Shown: piece by piece, positions 22,969 through 36,132 of the stretch | Layout: every line of letters begins with the position of its first letter | How positions within the stretch are numbered: the stretch's first letter is position 1 | DNA from: Eremomyces bilateralis CBS 781.70 | Lineage: Eukaryota | Reading direction: 5' to 3' (one strand) | Assembly (NCBI GenBank): GCA_010015585.1 | Contig: ML975151.1 | DNA: 40,617 nt | Made by a program: the position numbers and the translations under genes | Notes under the pieces: model-generated | Database searches by the model: none | Told to the model about the DNA's origin: nothing | The model's input: only the letters and a program-made list of their open reading frames with translations

Positions 22969-24858
22969 TCACAACCCCTCCGCAGCGATCTTCAACACTT
23001 CCTTTTCCATCATATCAAACCCCTCCAACGCCTCGCCATACCGTTCCCACACCCCTTCTTTATACCCATCCGCCACGCGCTTCACAAACCCATCCTCATG
23101 CCATCGCTTCTCCACATACTCCTCAAACGTCTCCTTCCCTCCTTCCACGCCCCACGTGGCTTTATACGCCGCCCCAAGCGCGCACGCATTGCCGCCGATA
23201 TCCAACTTGAACACCCCTTCCGAACCACCTAGCACTTCGCCAGCGATGCGCGCGATCGCGGGGTTCTGAGAGCCGCCGCCAACTAAGTATACACGACGCG
23301 GTTGTGGGGGAAGTGCCTGTCCCTGTGAGGACTTTTGCGGGGTGACGAGGGATTGGGACCGTAGCCTGAGCGATAAGAACTGCGACTCGATGATGGCGCG
23401 CACGTCGGCGGTGGGCTCGGGCCACGCTGAGGAGCCGGAGGAGGGGCTGGCGGGGTGGAGGGTTTGGGGTTTCGGGTAGTATAGATAGCGCCAGGTGCCG
23501 GCTTTTACGTTTGGCACGATCTCGGGACGTGGGAAGAAGAGGCCGAGTTTCATGGGGTCGGAGGCACTGCTTTGGCCTAGCGGAGGCGTCGCTGTCGCGG
23601 TGTCGTTGAACCGATCCCATGACCCCGACTCGTCTCCATTGACCGCATCACGGATCTGCTCCCGCGCTAGCCCGCCGTTCTTATAACACAGCATGAACAT
23701 ATACAACCCCGCCGCCGCTGGATGGTTCATGAAATGATACGCCGGATCCGGCCGGTAGTTCGGCGTCGACATGAGGAACGTCGTCGACGTGCCGAGCGAT
23801 ACCATCGCGTCCGACGGCTGCAGCGGGAGAGCGAGGATCGTCGATGGGTTGTCGCCCGTGAACGGGATGACGCTGCAGTGCGCAGGGAAGCCGAAGCGCG
23901 AGCGGAAGTAGCTCGCGACGGGGCCGAAGGACCGGCCGCCGGATTTCGGGACATGGCCGAGGCGTTGGCGGAGGTCCGCGACGCTGGTGCCGCCGGCGGT
24001 GAGCTGGAGAAGTTGGTCGTGCCATTGAGCTTTTTGGATGTCCCAGAGGTTCATGCCGGTGACGTCGCCGATGTCGATGGGGGCGACCTTTCCAAGGAAT
24101 ATCGACGCGAGGAACGAGGATACTAGGGAGATTCGTGCGGTGGCTTTGTATGCCTCTGGATACTTCTCTCGGAATCGAAGGATCTGTGGACCGCTGAAAC
24201 GCTGCTCTCGGGTCAGTACTCGCAGTGGTTAGAGAGGCTTGAGAACCACATACATGATGAGCCTTGCTTCCAGTAATTGCAGCGAGCTTCTCCGGGCCCC
24301 CTAGATAGCTGTCAAACGCCTCACACTGTTTCTGCGTGCTCGCATCCTGCCAATTCGGACTAAACGGGTGACTAAACGCTCCGCGACTCTCCCCCTCCCC
24401 TCCACTCTCCAACTGCTCCAGCAACGTCTTCGCCGGATCCAACCCTTTCAGCAGCTCCTCCGCATCGTGGCTCCAGAACACCGTGCCATGTTGCATGCCT
24501 GCCCCGGAAATACCCTTCACTTTCGAGAAATCCAGGCCCGCGTCTTTCAGGCGCTGCAGGACCAGCTCGATGGCGTCAAGCCACATGGCGACGGGAGCGA
24601 AGATCTCGCCTTTAGAGGGGTTGGCGAGGACGCCTTTTTCGATGCCATATTTGGCGAGGTCAGCGTCGAAGTCGACTTTTGCCTCGTGGACGAGTTGGAG
24701 GTCGGAGCGGACGACGAGGCCTGTGAAGGGGTTTGTCGTCAGCGCGGGAGGACTTCGTCTGGACGGATTGCGGGACCTTAGGTACCTTTCAGTTGTTGGG
24801 TGCTCAGGTCAAAGCCCAGATAGAGTGATTCAACCATTGTCGAGGTATGTGTTGACAT
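22969..24858 (-). CDS. XKS1: D-xylulose kinase (FGGY family)
   Basis: Exons 24858-24786, 24720-24254 and 24201-22969. Motifs [61 protein letters not shown]. An alternative in-frame ATG lies at 24837. Confidence 0.95.
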
Positions 24859-25459
24859 GAGCTCGAGGAAATTTCTCTCGCGATGCCATGATGTTTATTA
24901 ACGGATCTTTGGCTTCTGATATGTGGGGATTTCTTGACAACGGAGCTCAGAGTGAGGTCATTCAGCCTAAAATGATCGGCGGAACTCCCATCACATTCAG
25001 GATCAGATCCGAGAGACCATCGAGATCCGAGACTTGCAAGGAATGTATTTTGACATATTGAGTTTGTACAATCTGCAGGAAACTATTGTCCATTGTTGTA
25101 GGTATATACCCCTATTATACAAACTGCCGGTGGTTTGATTTGTTTTAGACTGGATCCCTAAATTCCGGTCTAACTTAGACTATTAACACAGGAGAATCCG
25201 AATATCCAGAAGATGTTTCGCAGCGTATTTAACAATGGATTATCTATCCGAGTAAACATATTCGACGTAGAATAGTGACCCATTTCCGAGACCAATTTGC
25301 CATATATGAAGCAACCAGATGACTTCGGTGGACGAATATCCAACCCGTCTTCTAAACGCCATTGCTGATGCAAATCCCCATCCATATTGATAAACGAAAC
25401 GCCTTCTCTTGCTTTACACGCGCTTCCCGGCGCGGATATGCTGTACATGCGTTTCCGCT

Positions 25460-25987
25460 CTATAGTTCCACCCCTTCCATGTCTCTCATTAAGCACGCTA
25501 TCTGCGCCCGCTTCGCCGCCTCAGCCACAAGTCCGTAATCTTCCAAGAATGCCGCCGTCTCTGCAGCCGTGGTGCCCGCGTTCGGTGGGTATGTTGGTGG
25601 TCGTGCTGCATGCGGATTCGACTGTGACTGCGGCATCTGTTGCGCAGCGGGTGCAGGCGCTGGAGCGGACGAGGCGCTCATCTGCTGGTGCGGCATTTGT
25701 TGGTATTGCCCCGTCGGATACCCGTTCGTATATGCCGGCTGCTGATGAGGATGGCTGGAAGTCGGGAGAGGTGGCGATGTCGAATGCACGCCGGGAGGTA
25801 TCCGTCCTTGTGAGTCTATCGAGTAGAAGTGATGACTTTGTTGTGTCTGCGCTCTGGTTGGCGAGGGAAGAGGTGCGGAGGCATTTCCTGAGGAGTAGGC
25901 GGTTTGTGATGTTGTGGCGTAGGGCGTCTGGGGATTATAGGAGTGCGGATGAGGCTGGTGTGTATGTTGCCGACCCGGTGTCGACAT
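25460..25987 (-). CDS. Uncharacterised Q/P/H-rich protein with conserved-looking C-terminal helix
   Basis: First ATG is at 25987 (26008 is TTG). Low-complexity body ends in FLEDYGLVAEAAKRAQIACLMRDMEGVEL, a motif I recall from hypothetical proteins of filamentous ascomycetes. Confidence 0.8.
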   Translation of the reverse strand: MSTPGRQHTHQPHPHSYNPQTPYATTSQTAYSSGNASAPLPSPTRAQTQQSHHFYSIDSQGRIPPGVHSTSPPLPTSSHPHQQPAYTNGYPTGQYQQMPHQQMSASSAPAPAPAAQQMPQSQSNPHAARPPTYPPNAGTTAAETAAFLEDYGLVAEAAKRAQIACLMRDMEGVEL

Positions 25988-27636
25988 GGTGGCGACCGGG
26001 AAATTCAATCAGTCGGTTTCCAGAACAGAGGGGGTTTGATGTCCCGGCAGGCCGAAACAACCCTGAAATGACAACGACAACGGTTCGATTCGCTATGAGC
26101 GATGCGGTCGCTGTCCTCGATGCTGTACCAACTTCGGATTAATCGTATATGTAGCGGGCCATTTGCCGCCTTGATAGAGTGAGGTAGATTCGTATGCGCG
26201 CATAAGATCGTTCTATTGTCGGATAGGGAGTATCGGGAGTATCGATTTCTTATCTAGCCTTGGTGCTTGGGTTGACTTAGTCCGGGGATGTCGGGGTAGA
26301 GAACTAAGCGCATGTGAGATCTGAACGGTGATCCGCGATTAGATATGGACAACGAAAAGTAGTATCGTACAATGCGATGCCAACTCACCTCAAAGTTACC
26401 ACCTGATAGATTATTTAATCGAGTACGCGACCTGATTAATAGACCCGGGTAATGAATAGTGGTACAAGATCGAAGATCTTCAGTTCCATTCAATGCAGTC
26501 CCACATAGATCGGGGAGTCTAAACCCGACAGCATAGCGGGAAATGAAATTCTATCCGGACCCGGAGAAGTACCAACCGATTGGACGAAAGAGCGACAATC
26601 GACGCGCCGTTTGAAAAAGATGATGAGAGGTGTAGATGGATAGAAGATGGCGGCAGAGCTGAGAAGTACATAGTACAACCTCGGCGGAGAACCCGAGAAG
26701 ATGTTCGGGGATATCATTTATCATATGGCATGAGACACCCAAATCCCCGGGAGCCCCGCAATAATACCGGTTCATACCTGATACATCTCCAACTCCTGTA
26801 ACCTCCCCCACGGACTCGAGCCTCTCGGAGGCTTGGGAACATTTCCTGTTTCAGGTGTCTAGCACCAACGAGGCGTAGTTACTACCTGCCCTTGTATAAT
26901 AGTTTTGTAGGATCTGTAAATCAAGCATACCATGCACCTGCTGCATGTGGACTAGGAACAATTATAGAGGATAGTTTTGTCTTGGATCATACAATCATCA
27001 GAGAGTTTTCTGCTAGGAATCCCCTTTAGTTACCTGTATCCCGTTCGCCGCTGACGGAGTGATTCATTTGACTGAACGAAAGGTGGCGGTATACATGCGC
27101 GTGAGCGTCATGAAATCGAAAATCACGAGATTTCGCGTTTTTAATACCGGTCTAACCGAGTAGGGTTAAACCGAATCATACTTCAACGACGAAAGCGCCG
27201 GGCGGGCAGGTATTCGATCTGTAGAGCCATAGCTCATAAGGGCGTGGACTACGTGGATGAGTTACACCTGAACTTTTGGATTGGTTTGGCAGAATCCCTG
27301 ACTGGCCTGCCATCGTAGGGGCATGTATAGAAATACAGAGGGCACAACTTCGATAGCCTAGGGGCCCATACCAGACGTCAATTGATCAACCTGGCTGGTA
27401 TTCACTGAAGTTGGGGTGAAGAGGAGTGAAGTCAGAATAGATTACCATAATGTACCAAATACCTACCAATGTTGACAGTTATCGGCTAATCCGATCTAAA
27501 TTGGCGTCCCCACATCGTATTCCCATACATCGTACATGATACATCCCACCCACGTGCAAGTCTCTGTCTCTTGGTCTGTCTATTAGCCGTACGGAAGTAT
27601 ATCACCAGTTGTAGGTATCTTCCATACCATTTCACT

Positions 27637-28760
27637 ATGCCAGTAAGTATTGCGGCGTCGTTGCTTAACTCAGACCAATCCATCCAGACCAATCCATCTG
27701 GATGCACTGACTCTTGCGAAGTTGATACTCATCTCCGGGTATCCTTGTTCGGGGAAGACACACCGCGCAACCCAACTCCTCGAAGCCATACAAACCCGAG
27801 TAAAGCAAGCTCCGACCTCTTCGTTCGTCGCGAATCTCAAGGTACATCTAGTCAATGATGAAACCCTCGGACTCTCCCATGACATATACGGCAACACCCG
27901 CGCCGAGAAGGATGGACGAGCCGCAGAGATGAGCGCCATCAAACGCCTGCTGAGCAAAGACGCCATCGTTATTGCCGATGGATTGAATTATATCAAGGGA
28001 TACCGATACCAGCTCTTCTGCGAGGCCAAGGCTGTAGGGACAACCAGCTGTGTTGTATGTATGCGCAATGGACGTTCGATTCCCAAACTGACCCTCCAGA
28101 GGTCCACGTAGGCGTGCCCGCTGATGAGTGTCGAGCTGCCAATGCTCGTCGCATTGAAGATCCTAATGCGACCAATGAGTATGCGGAGGAGATCCTCGAA
28201 AACTTGATATTCCGGTATGAAGAACCGAACGGCATGACGAGATGGGATAGTCCCCTTTTCATCGTGATCAAGGAGGACGCGGAGCCGCCCGTCGATGCGA
28301 TCTGGGACGCATTGATCGGAGGCGAAGGCAAACCGAAGACGGTCAAACCGCACATGGCGACGGTGATGGTGAGATCATTTTGCATATTCCTGCGCGCCCG
28401 TCTGACGTCGTACAGAGCCCGACCACCCCGCAAGATGCGCTCCAAGCCCTCCATTCCCAAACCACCGCCGTCATCTCCGCCATCCAAACCTTCCAAGGCA
28501 ACGCCCCCGACTCCTCGGGTGCGGTGGTCACTATACCCGGGGTGGAGACTCCCGTTCAGTTGCCCATGAAGGCGGTCGGTCCGGCACAACTGCAAAGGTT
28601 CCGGCGGCAGTATGTGCAGATGAGGAGACAAGGGGGACTGGTGATGGGCGGAGGCGAGAAAAGTAATCAGGTCGGGCAGGTGGGGGGGCCAGAGGCGGCG
28701 GAAGGAGGATATAAATCTGGCTTCGTCGAGTACCTGAACGCGGAATTTGAGAGGCCATGA
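27637..28760 (+). CDS. KTI12: Elongator-associated P-loop protein Kti12
   Basis: 6-nt first coding exon ATGCCA (27637-27642), then exons 27722-28054, 28102-28368 and 28416-28760. Motifs LISGYPCSGKT, DGLNYIKGYRYQLFCEAK, RYEEPNGMTRWDSPLF, LQRFRRQY. Confidence 0.95.
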
Positions 28761-29277
28761 CCGCGACGGCACACAGCATTGGGATTTCGATAGAACCATA
28801 GCGCGGGCGTTTCGGGGAAGGGCAAGATATTGCGGGCCAACTTCTACGTGGTCAGCAAGTCTTGGAGGGGATATGATTTACTATCTGTGCTTCAGAAACG
28901 GCCGGAGGGAATCACGCACAATGACTTCATGAATAGATTTGGCTCCTAGAAGCATTGAAGTTGTCGATAATAAAGAAAATATCCATTCATCCATTTCTGT
29001 CATCTAGAATAAACACCGTTTTTATATATTGGAGTTCCGCCATGGTGCTACCCGCTCCTCGAAATCCTCGGAATTCGGGGTCTTAATACCTCTATTTACA
29101 ACACTAGAGATTTTTTCCACGACCTTGAGTTTGATTGTAAACGGACGGATCACATTTCTTTTACTTAAGTCTATCATAAAACCGAAGTCTTCCGTTTGAA
29201 AACATTCGAACCTTTAAATTCCTATCTTCTAAATCCCGTTGGCCTAGCCTCAATTCGCAGTTCTTGCTTCTACCGCA

Positions 29278-31149
29278 ATGATCAAATCAGGTCGTCGGGA
29301 GGGCTGGCTGTCCCTCCCTCCGCACACTTTTAAGTCATGGACCCAACTGAACGATATCGAGCTGAACGGGATCAAGTTCGCCGAGGTCAGCGGTCGAGGC
29401 ACAGGCGTCATCGCCTCGCGAAGCTTCAAATCTAAAGATGAACTCCGGCGTGGAAGTGTCGAGCTAGACAAGCTGATGACCTATGTTCCATTATACGAAC
29501 CGGAGATGTTAATGAAGGTACCCCAGGATATGGTTCTATCAAAGGAGACAGTTCGACGGTGGGCTGCTCATGATGCTCGCTTCAAAGAGCTGTTGAATGC
29601 TTGCCCAGAATTGATTGAGGTTGGGATGCCAGGCGCGATTCTTTGTATTGATTCGCGGGATGGGATTGCTGACCATGATATACTTTGACAGAGGAAAGCT
29701 CGTGGATGGATTCTCTTGTTCCTATTATATCAAGTCACGTCTTGCAATCCTTCCACCCAATTACCTTGCTCACGGAATCCGTTCATGGAGTGAGATTTCA
29801 CTGTTCCGACCATACGAGAAACCAGACTAATGCTGCCATGAAGCTATATAAAATTCCTCCCTGAAGTCTCGCTGCCGACTTTCTGGAGCCGCGAGGAGCA
29901 GAAATTACTGGCGGGAACCACCCTCCTCCCTGCTCTCAACGCGAAACTAGACTCTCTGAAACGAGAATTTGAAATATTACATTCGGGGACCGCGAATATC
30001 CCTTGGTGTGCGGATAATTGGTGGAGTCGCTCCGCTCCGCCCGGTTTCGACGATTTCCTGGTTATAGGATCTCCAGTACCGGAGGCCCGCTACTGGTCTG
30101 GGACGGCATTAACGTTCGAGGACTGGCTCCATCTGGATGCGGCGTATCGATCCCGCGCTTTGGAGATGCCAAATATTGGCGATGTGATGGTTCCGGCACT
30201 GGATATGGCGAATCATGCTAGCGAGGAGGATATCACGGCTCGGTACGATGTGGACGCTGATGGCAATGTGATGCTGGTGATGAAGGAGGAGAAGACTGGT
30301 GCTGAAGGGGACGAGATTTTCATCACGTATGTTACGGCCTTCCCCGGATATCTAACCCTTTGCTGAGAATGATTGGGGTAGGTACGGTGAGAAGGGTGCA
30401 TGTGAAATGTTGTTCTCGTACGGCTTTCTCGAATCGTCCAGGACTACAGCAAGCGAACTATTCCTTGATCTGAGCATTCCAGACGACGATCCCTTGAAGT
30501 TCGTCAAAAAAACCGTAGCCACCTGTGCTCCTAGGGTCCGAATCTTTGACTCCGAGACAGAACACCGGGATGGTGGTCGAAAGGATGAAACCCAATGGGA
30601 AAGCGACTACGTCTGGTGGTCATGCGTCAATGAAGAGGACGGATTGGAATTCCGCGTCTTGCAACAGACGGACGGGGAAAGAGAGCTCGCTGTGATTTGG
30701 AAAGGGGCTCGGGTAGAAGATCCCAATATGATTGGCCAGCATCTGAAGGAGGATGAGCTGCGAGAACTTTTCGAGTTACGAGCGGTGGTCATGGTCCAAG
30801 AGCGTGTGGAGGCACAGTTGATCAAGCTCAAGGAGAATGGTCCGTCGGATGCGACCGACGATACAGAGATACGGCCAGAGGTGAAGGCTTCCATAACGAG
30901 ACTGAGAGAATTGGAGGGAGAGCTTCTTGAAAGGGCACATGCAGACCTTGAGCACCAGGTAACGAGCACCGACCTTCCTGCAATGATTCCGTCTATGGAT
31001 GCTGACATGATGATATTCAGAAACTCCGACTCGCCAACAGCGATACCGTCGAGCACTTCCTCAGTAATCAAGCACAACAAGCAGCGGCCCAAACAGTCGA
31101 GACGGTGAACGACGAAGAGGAAGATGACGATACCGAAGACTTTTCCTAA
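29278..31149 (+). CDS. SET-domain protein-lysine methyltransferase (Rubisco-LSMT/Rkm/Ctm1-like, non-histone class)
   Basis: Exons 29278-29619, 29692-29789, 29844-30326, 30382-30958 and 31021-31149. Motifs GRGTGVIA, YIKFLP, LPTFWS, MVPALDMANH, EIFITYGEKG, LFSYGF. Confidence 0.9.
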
Positions 31150-32535
31150 ACTAGTAATATCGCAACATTCTCTCTACCGGTCCAGCCACCGATAGGTTGA
31201 GATGCAAGGCGGAACATTTGTGGCTTGCAGCCCAGGCACCTGGGATGCGGGACGCGGGAGCGATACGGGTTTCGATCAGTCCATCCTCTCCTGACTACAA
31301 GTTCACCCTCCTGATCGCGGTCTGGGCCAGGGTCAAAGATCTTGGTCCCACGTAGATTTTCCCCAGCTCTTGGAATCTGGGGAAGTGGAATTTCATCTAG
31401 AACGGAAAACGCTACGGTACTAACGGTCAACGGATCTCATACGACCTCAACAGAATCATGATCGTATATCTCTCAACTTTGGGTTCGGCGCTCGTATCTG
31501 ATAATCCGAGGGAATTTTCCATCGGCGTCCACTCCAAATCCGTCAGGACCAAGCATAGCGTAGAGAGATAAAATCCTTCATTTGACGGCCGAACCGTACA
31601 TACGGGATTGGCACCAACTCAGAAATGAAAATCAACTGATCGAAATGGAATCAACATCATGAACTAGCGAATACGGCGCATTCTGACCATCTCATCTCCC
31701 CACGAGGCAATATCTCACCTCAACAACCGGGATATTTTGCCTATATCGACAATGGCCGGAGGAAGACGGGCCAACCGCCATGACGAATCGACGAAGGAAT
31801 AACTCGTCCGGGCCAGTGGAGCTGAAGGAATTATTCAACGATTATTGGCTCGTATTACGGTAAGCGCCGATATTCCGCGGTAAACCCCGCAGTATTAGGA
31901 GTCTTAAGTTGTTCGTCTCGTCTTCTACGGTTCTACCGGGAGCTATCCGTAATAACCGTTTTATTTTTTGGTTTTTATCTAGCCCTATTATTTGGGCCCC
32001 GTTTCTCCAAGTCCCCAGATTTTGCCTCCTGTTTTTCCCCAAAGTGGGCTCCTCAAGTCCCCTGCTGTGCTTGTTTAAGTCTACAGAAGAGTGGGATAAT
32101 TATTTCATACAGCGGACATTGTTCGGGTAGCGATCGGATTCCCTGTCATCAATTGCATGCTGTTTGGCTCCGTGGCTGCACTCATATCGTGGTCGCGCCT
32201 CGTAGTCATTGCTTTCCTCTGCAACAATTTCGTTGTCACCATCAATCTATCCCCCCCTCCGGAATACATCTTACATATTTCATAAACCATATACCTCCTA
32301 CTCCGCCGATACCCGCTTTTACGCTGAACCTTGCAGTCGAGCAGATTTCCTGGCCGTACATAATCACTTGCCGTGGTCCTTATTCAAAGTTCGTCATGGC
32401 TTAGCCCATGGCGGATACCTCGTAGCGGGACCACCCACCCCCATCATTTCGACCGTGTGGTCTTGACATCGAACTCCATAACCTTATCCTACCCCGAAGC
32501 GACATTTACATACGATTTGAATCGAAGTCGCCGAT

Positions 32536-35500
32536 ATGCCGGGCATTCTGCCTATGAAAGTTATTAAGATCGGGTCGGCAGCACAGCAGCGTATTGCGCA
32601 AGCCTGGTTCGTCACAATCGCCACTATCCCGATGACGTACGCTAATAGTCCCTCAGTGACCGATGCCGATCGAAGAAAATCCGATGCGATGGCATGAGAC
32701 CGTATGTAGCACGCCGTTCTCGGGATCGCTTCCCGCCTGACATCGTCGATACAGGAGCTGTACCCAGTGCGTCAATGTCGGTTTCGAATGTAAGACGAGC
32801 GACAAGCTCAGTCGACGCGCATTCCCTCGAGGGTACACCGAGTCCCTGGAAGATCGCGTACGCAGCCTCGAAACCGAAGTCCGGGACCTGAAGATCCTCC
32901 TCGACGAGAAAGATGAAAAGATCGATATGCTGTCCCGAATACACTCGCATTCGCACTCCCCACACATTAAGCCAATTCAGATACGGTCGAGTTCAACGCC
33001 ATCGGCTGCTGGTCAGAATACGGATGAAGAGCGTGCCGTAGAAAAGGAAGGCACCTTCAAAGTGAACCAGTCGCCGGTGCTCGTTGAAGATGAACATTGC
33101 GAATCCTACTTTAGCGGCACGTCGAATAGCCGAACACTGATCGGTAAAGGAATAAACCAGCCTAGACGAAATCGCTGGCTGACTTTGCTTCTAGATGCAT
33201 TCAAAATGAAACTCCAAAGTTCGGGCAAATTCTGTGTCGATATCCACAGCAAAACCTTCTTTCCAGGAACCTCAAACCCCTCCACAATATCAGCAGAGGC
33301 TATGGATCCTCCACCACGACTAGTTTCGGATCAACTAGTCAATATCTTCTTCCAGGAATGGGCTCCGTTGTTCCCCATTTTACATCGCCCGACGTTTCTG
33401 AGCGTCTATGAACGTTTCGTCGCAGGATCCGAGGAAGATCTGGATGAGAAGTCGATCGCTCAATTGTACCTGGTGTTTGCAATTGCTGCTTTGGCGAGCG
33501 AGGTGAGCTCGACGTGCGCATCTTTCTATACGTGGCCTGTCTAATTCTAGTCAGAATGATCTGGACTTAAGTTCATTCGAAAAGCAGTGGCAGGACTCGC
33601 TCGAGTCCTTTATCATGGACAACGATATGGCTACGCTGCAGTGCCTGTCCCTTGCTCAGATCTACTGTTTGCAGACATCCGATCAATCCAGGCTCTTCAA
33701 ATACAAGGGTCTATCCGTTTCTCTTGCCCAAAGATTAGGCCTCCACCAGTCTCAGAAACGATTTGCGCTGGGTGCATTGAGCAGCGAGACCAGAAAGAAG
33801 GTGTTCTGGACGATATATACCCTCGATTGGTAAGGACTCCTGAATGTCACGCAACCAATGTATTGTTCTCTAATCCGTCCGCAGTATCGCCGCTGCCCAA
33901 TTGGGCCTACCACGTGCGCTCAATGATGTCGACGTGTTCTGCGAGTACCCGGTCGACGCGGATGATGAGTATATCACCGAAAAAGGCTTTCTGCCAACGT
34001 TGCCTGGAGAGTACACGAAGCTTTCAAGCGCTCTCGCCCTCTTCCGACTCTCTAGGGTCCTTGCCAAGATTCTGGCAGAAGTATATCCAGCTACCACAAG
34101 CTATGAAATTTCACTCAAGACCATCGCCAGACTTTCCGATGAATTGGAAGCCTGGCTCAGTGACCTAGCACCGCATCTCCGATTGCAATTTGTGCAGGAT
34201 AAGCCGAGTACCCACATGATCAGCAGCCGATCGCCGATCTTAGTATGTCCCCACGTTTGTCGCCCCGAAGCCATTGCTGATGTCAATAGTCACTTGCCTA
34301 CAATTACATGCGGTTCCTATTGTTCCGCCCAGTAGCATGCTCTCATGCCACACTCGGAGGCCGGACATCATCAGCCCTCGTGTCGTTGGGCAGCGCGTCG
34401 AAGCGCATGATACAGATCATCCAGCTTCTCGAGGAGCGTAACCTCAGTTTCTCTTTCTGCCTGAACAAGTCTGATGTTCTCGTGTCGTGCGCTTTCGGAT
34501 TACTTTTCCAGGCCGTGGACCTGGATCCGGAGGGAATGCTTCTAAGGGACAGCCATCGTCTCATTTTGAGCTCTATCGAAATACTCGAACACCAGACCAT
34601 TCCGCTTGCTATTGAGCTGCGCCGGATTCTGTATACGACCTTCGGATCGAGACTTTCACAGCCACCACCTGCTCCGAACCAGCAGATCCCTATCCGATCT
34701 GACAGTGGCTCAAAGTCTCAAGAGGCCTTGCTGGCAACTCAACGACATCTGAAAGCGATTTCTGCGCGATTTTGCTCCCCCAATAGCAGCAACAGTGAGG
34801 ACGATGCTTTCAATCCAACCGAATTTCGTCGAGCAATCGCGCCCACTTCTTCGGATCGGCCGTCCTCGAGCTACCACAGGAATATGTCACAGACCTCACT
34901 CTCGTCGACAACATCCGACCTGAAGCAGTCACCAGTTTACCAATCCTCTTCGACCATCATCCAACCATGTAAATCGCCCGATTCGCAGGGAACGCCCAAT
35001 AGCCACCTCAACCTGGACTACATGGCATTTACCTCCCCACCGGGACTCAGTACCAGCATCGCTTACTCTCCGAATACCTCCACCTCCGAAACCGATGTGT
35101 CCCCCGATGAATGGGAACGCATCATCAGCACCATGGACAACGGTGCCATTACCATCTACGACACGATCTACGGCGGTCCTGGCATCGGTCCTGGCATCGA
35201 TCCTGGGCATTTTGACTCTAACGATCAGCCTCCCGTTCCTGTTTCTCCCGCAAAGAAGCAGCGTCCGGGTGTTCCAGCTCACACCTTCGCGCGGCCACGA
35301 CTCCCTATAGCGACTACGTCAACGCCATCCGTACCGACGCCGCACCTTACGTCGAGGGATTCACATGGAACGGCACCCGAGGCGCTCGACTGGTCCATGA
35401 TGCTGCCGGTGGCACCGCTCCCATCGAAGAGCGTTCTGAGCTTGAGTGACGAGAGCACCTCGAGCGGAGTGGATGAATGGGGAATCTTGATGCCGGAGCT

Positions 35501-35579
35501 TAATGATGAAGGATTTGTGTTTGGGGATGGCGGTCTAAATGTGTCGGACTTTCATGTTAGCGGGAATGGGAGGGTCTGA
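32536..35579 (+). CDS. facB: Zn(II)2Cys6 acetate-utilisation transcription factor (FacB/Acu-15; Cat8/Sip4 family)
   Basis: The spliced N-terminus (introns 32607-32656 and 32702-32754) reads [71 protein letters not shown], the FacB signature. A fungal TF middle domain follows ([34 protein letters not shown]). Confidence 0.93.
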
Positions 35580-36132
35580 TGTGGCCTTGCTTGGAGAAAA
35601 AAAGGGTCGCCGATTTTCACCGTCTATATGGTTTTCCTTTTGCTATTTTCCGTCCGATACCCTTTGCCACCTCTTGTTCCTCATTGTTGCAGTCCCTTTT
35701 GTCTGTCATTATCCATCGGCCGAACAAAGTTGCGCTGGGTACCTGGAAAGATCGACTGGGCGGCATGCGCTGGGAAAGCTTCGTATGCCGCATTATTTTA
35801 CAGTACATCTACAGGTTTACAATGCAGCGATATGATGAGATCAAAGCGTTGTAATTACAGAAAGTTCGATATAGGTTCAGCCACAGGCCGTTTGAAATGA
35901 ATTCAAATGAACAGAGCGGATGGCACATCGGGTCTCTACATTGAGCATCCTACACAGTAGCAGAATTCACCTCGGTATATCCGGTTACGGCCTAACGGAC
36001 GTCAGAGACCTCCCTCCGACCATTGTATAAGTATTCGATGCGGCTCGTTAACCCTTGCGAATGTGGTATGCATCCACGAGTTCTCCCTACGGTGATAAGC
36101 CATCCTTAGGTCCATCCGAGCGCTCTTACCGC

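Noticed and set aside
26080..26095. ggttcgattc, T-loop/B-box-like motif
   Set aside because: No tRNA cloverleaf or acceptor stem around it.
25387..26142. 251-aa + strand ORF
   Set aside because: Starts with TTG and lies antisense to the better-supported minus-strand gene; no motifs.
27045..27095. ctgacgga...cgaaa arrangement reminiscent of a hammerhead ribozyme core
   Set aside because: CUGANGA is not matched (CUGACGG), and stems II and III cannot be formed convincingly.
27993..28799. 268-aa minus-strand ORF
   Set aside because: Antisense to KTI12 exons, with no recognisable features.
35175..35210. 12-bp tandem repeat ggtcctggcatc in facB ([11 protein letters not shown])
   Set aside because: Ordinary slippage repeat in a disordered tail.
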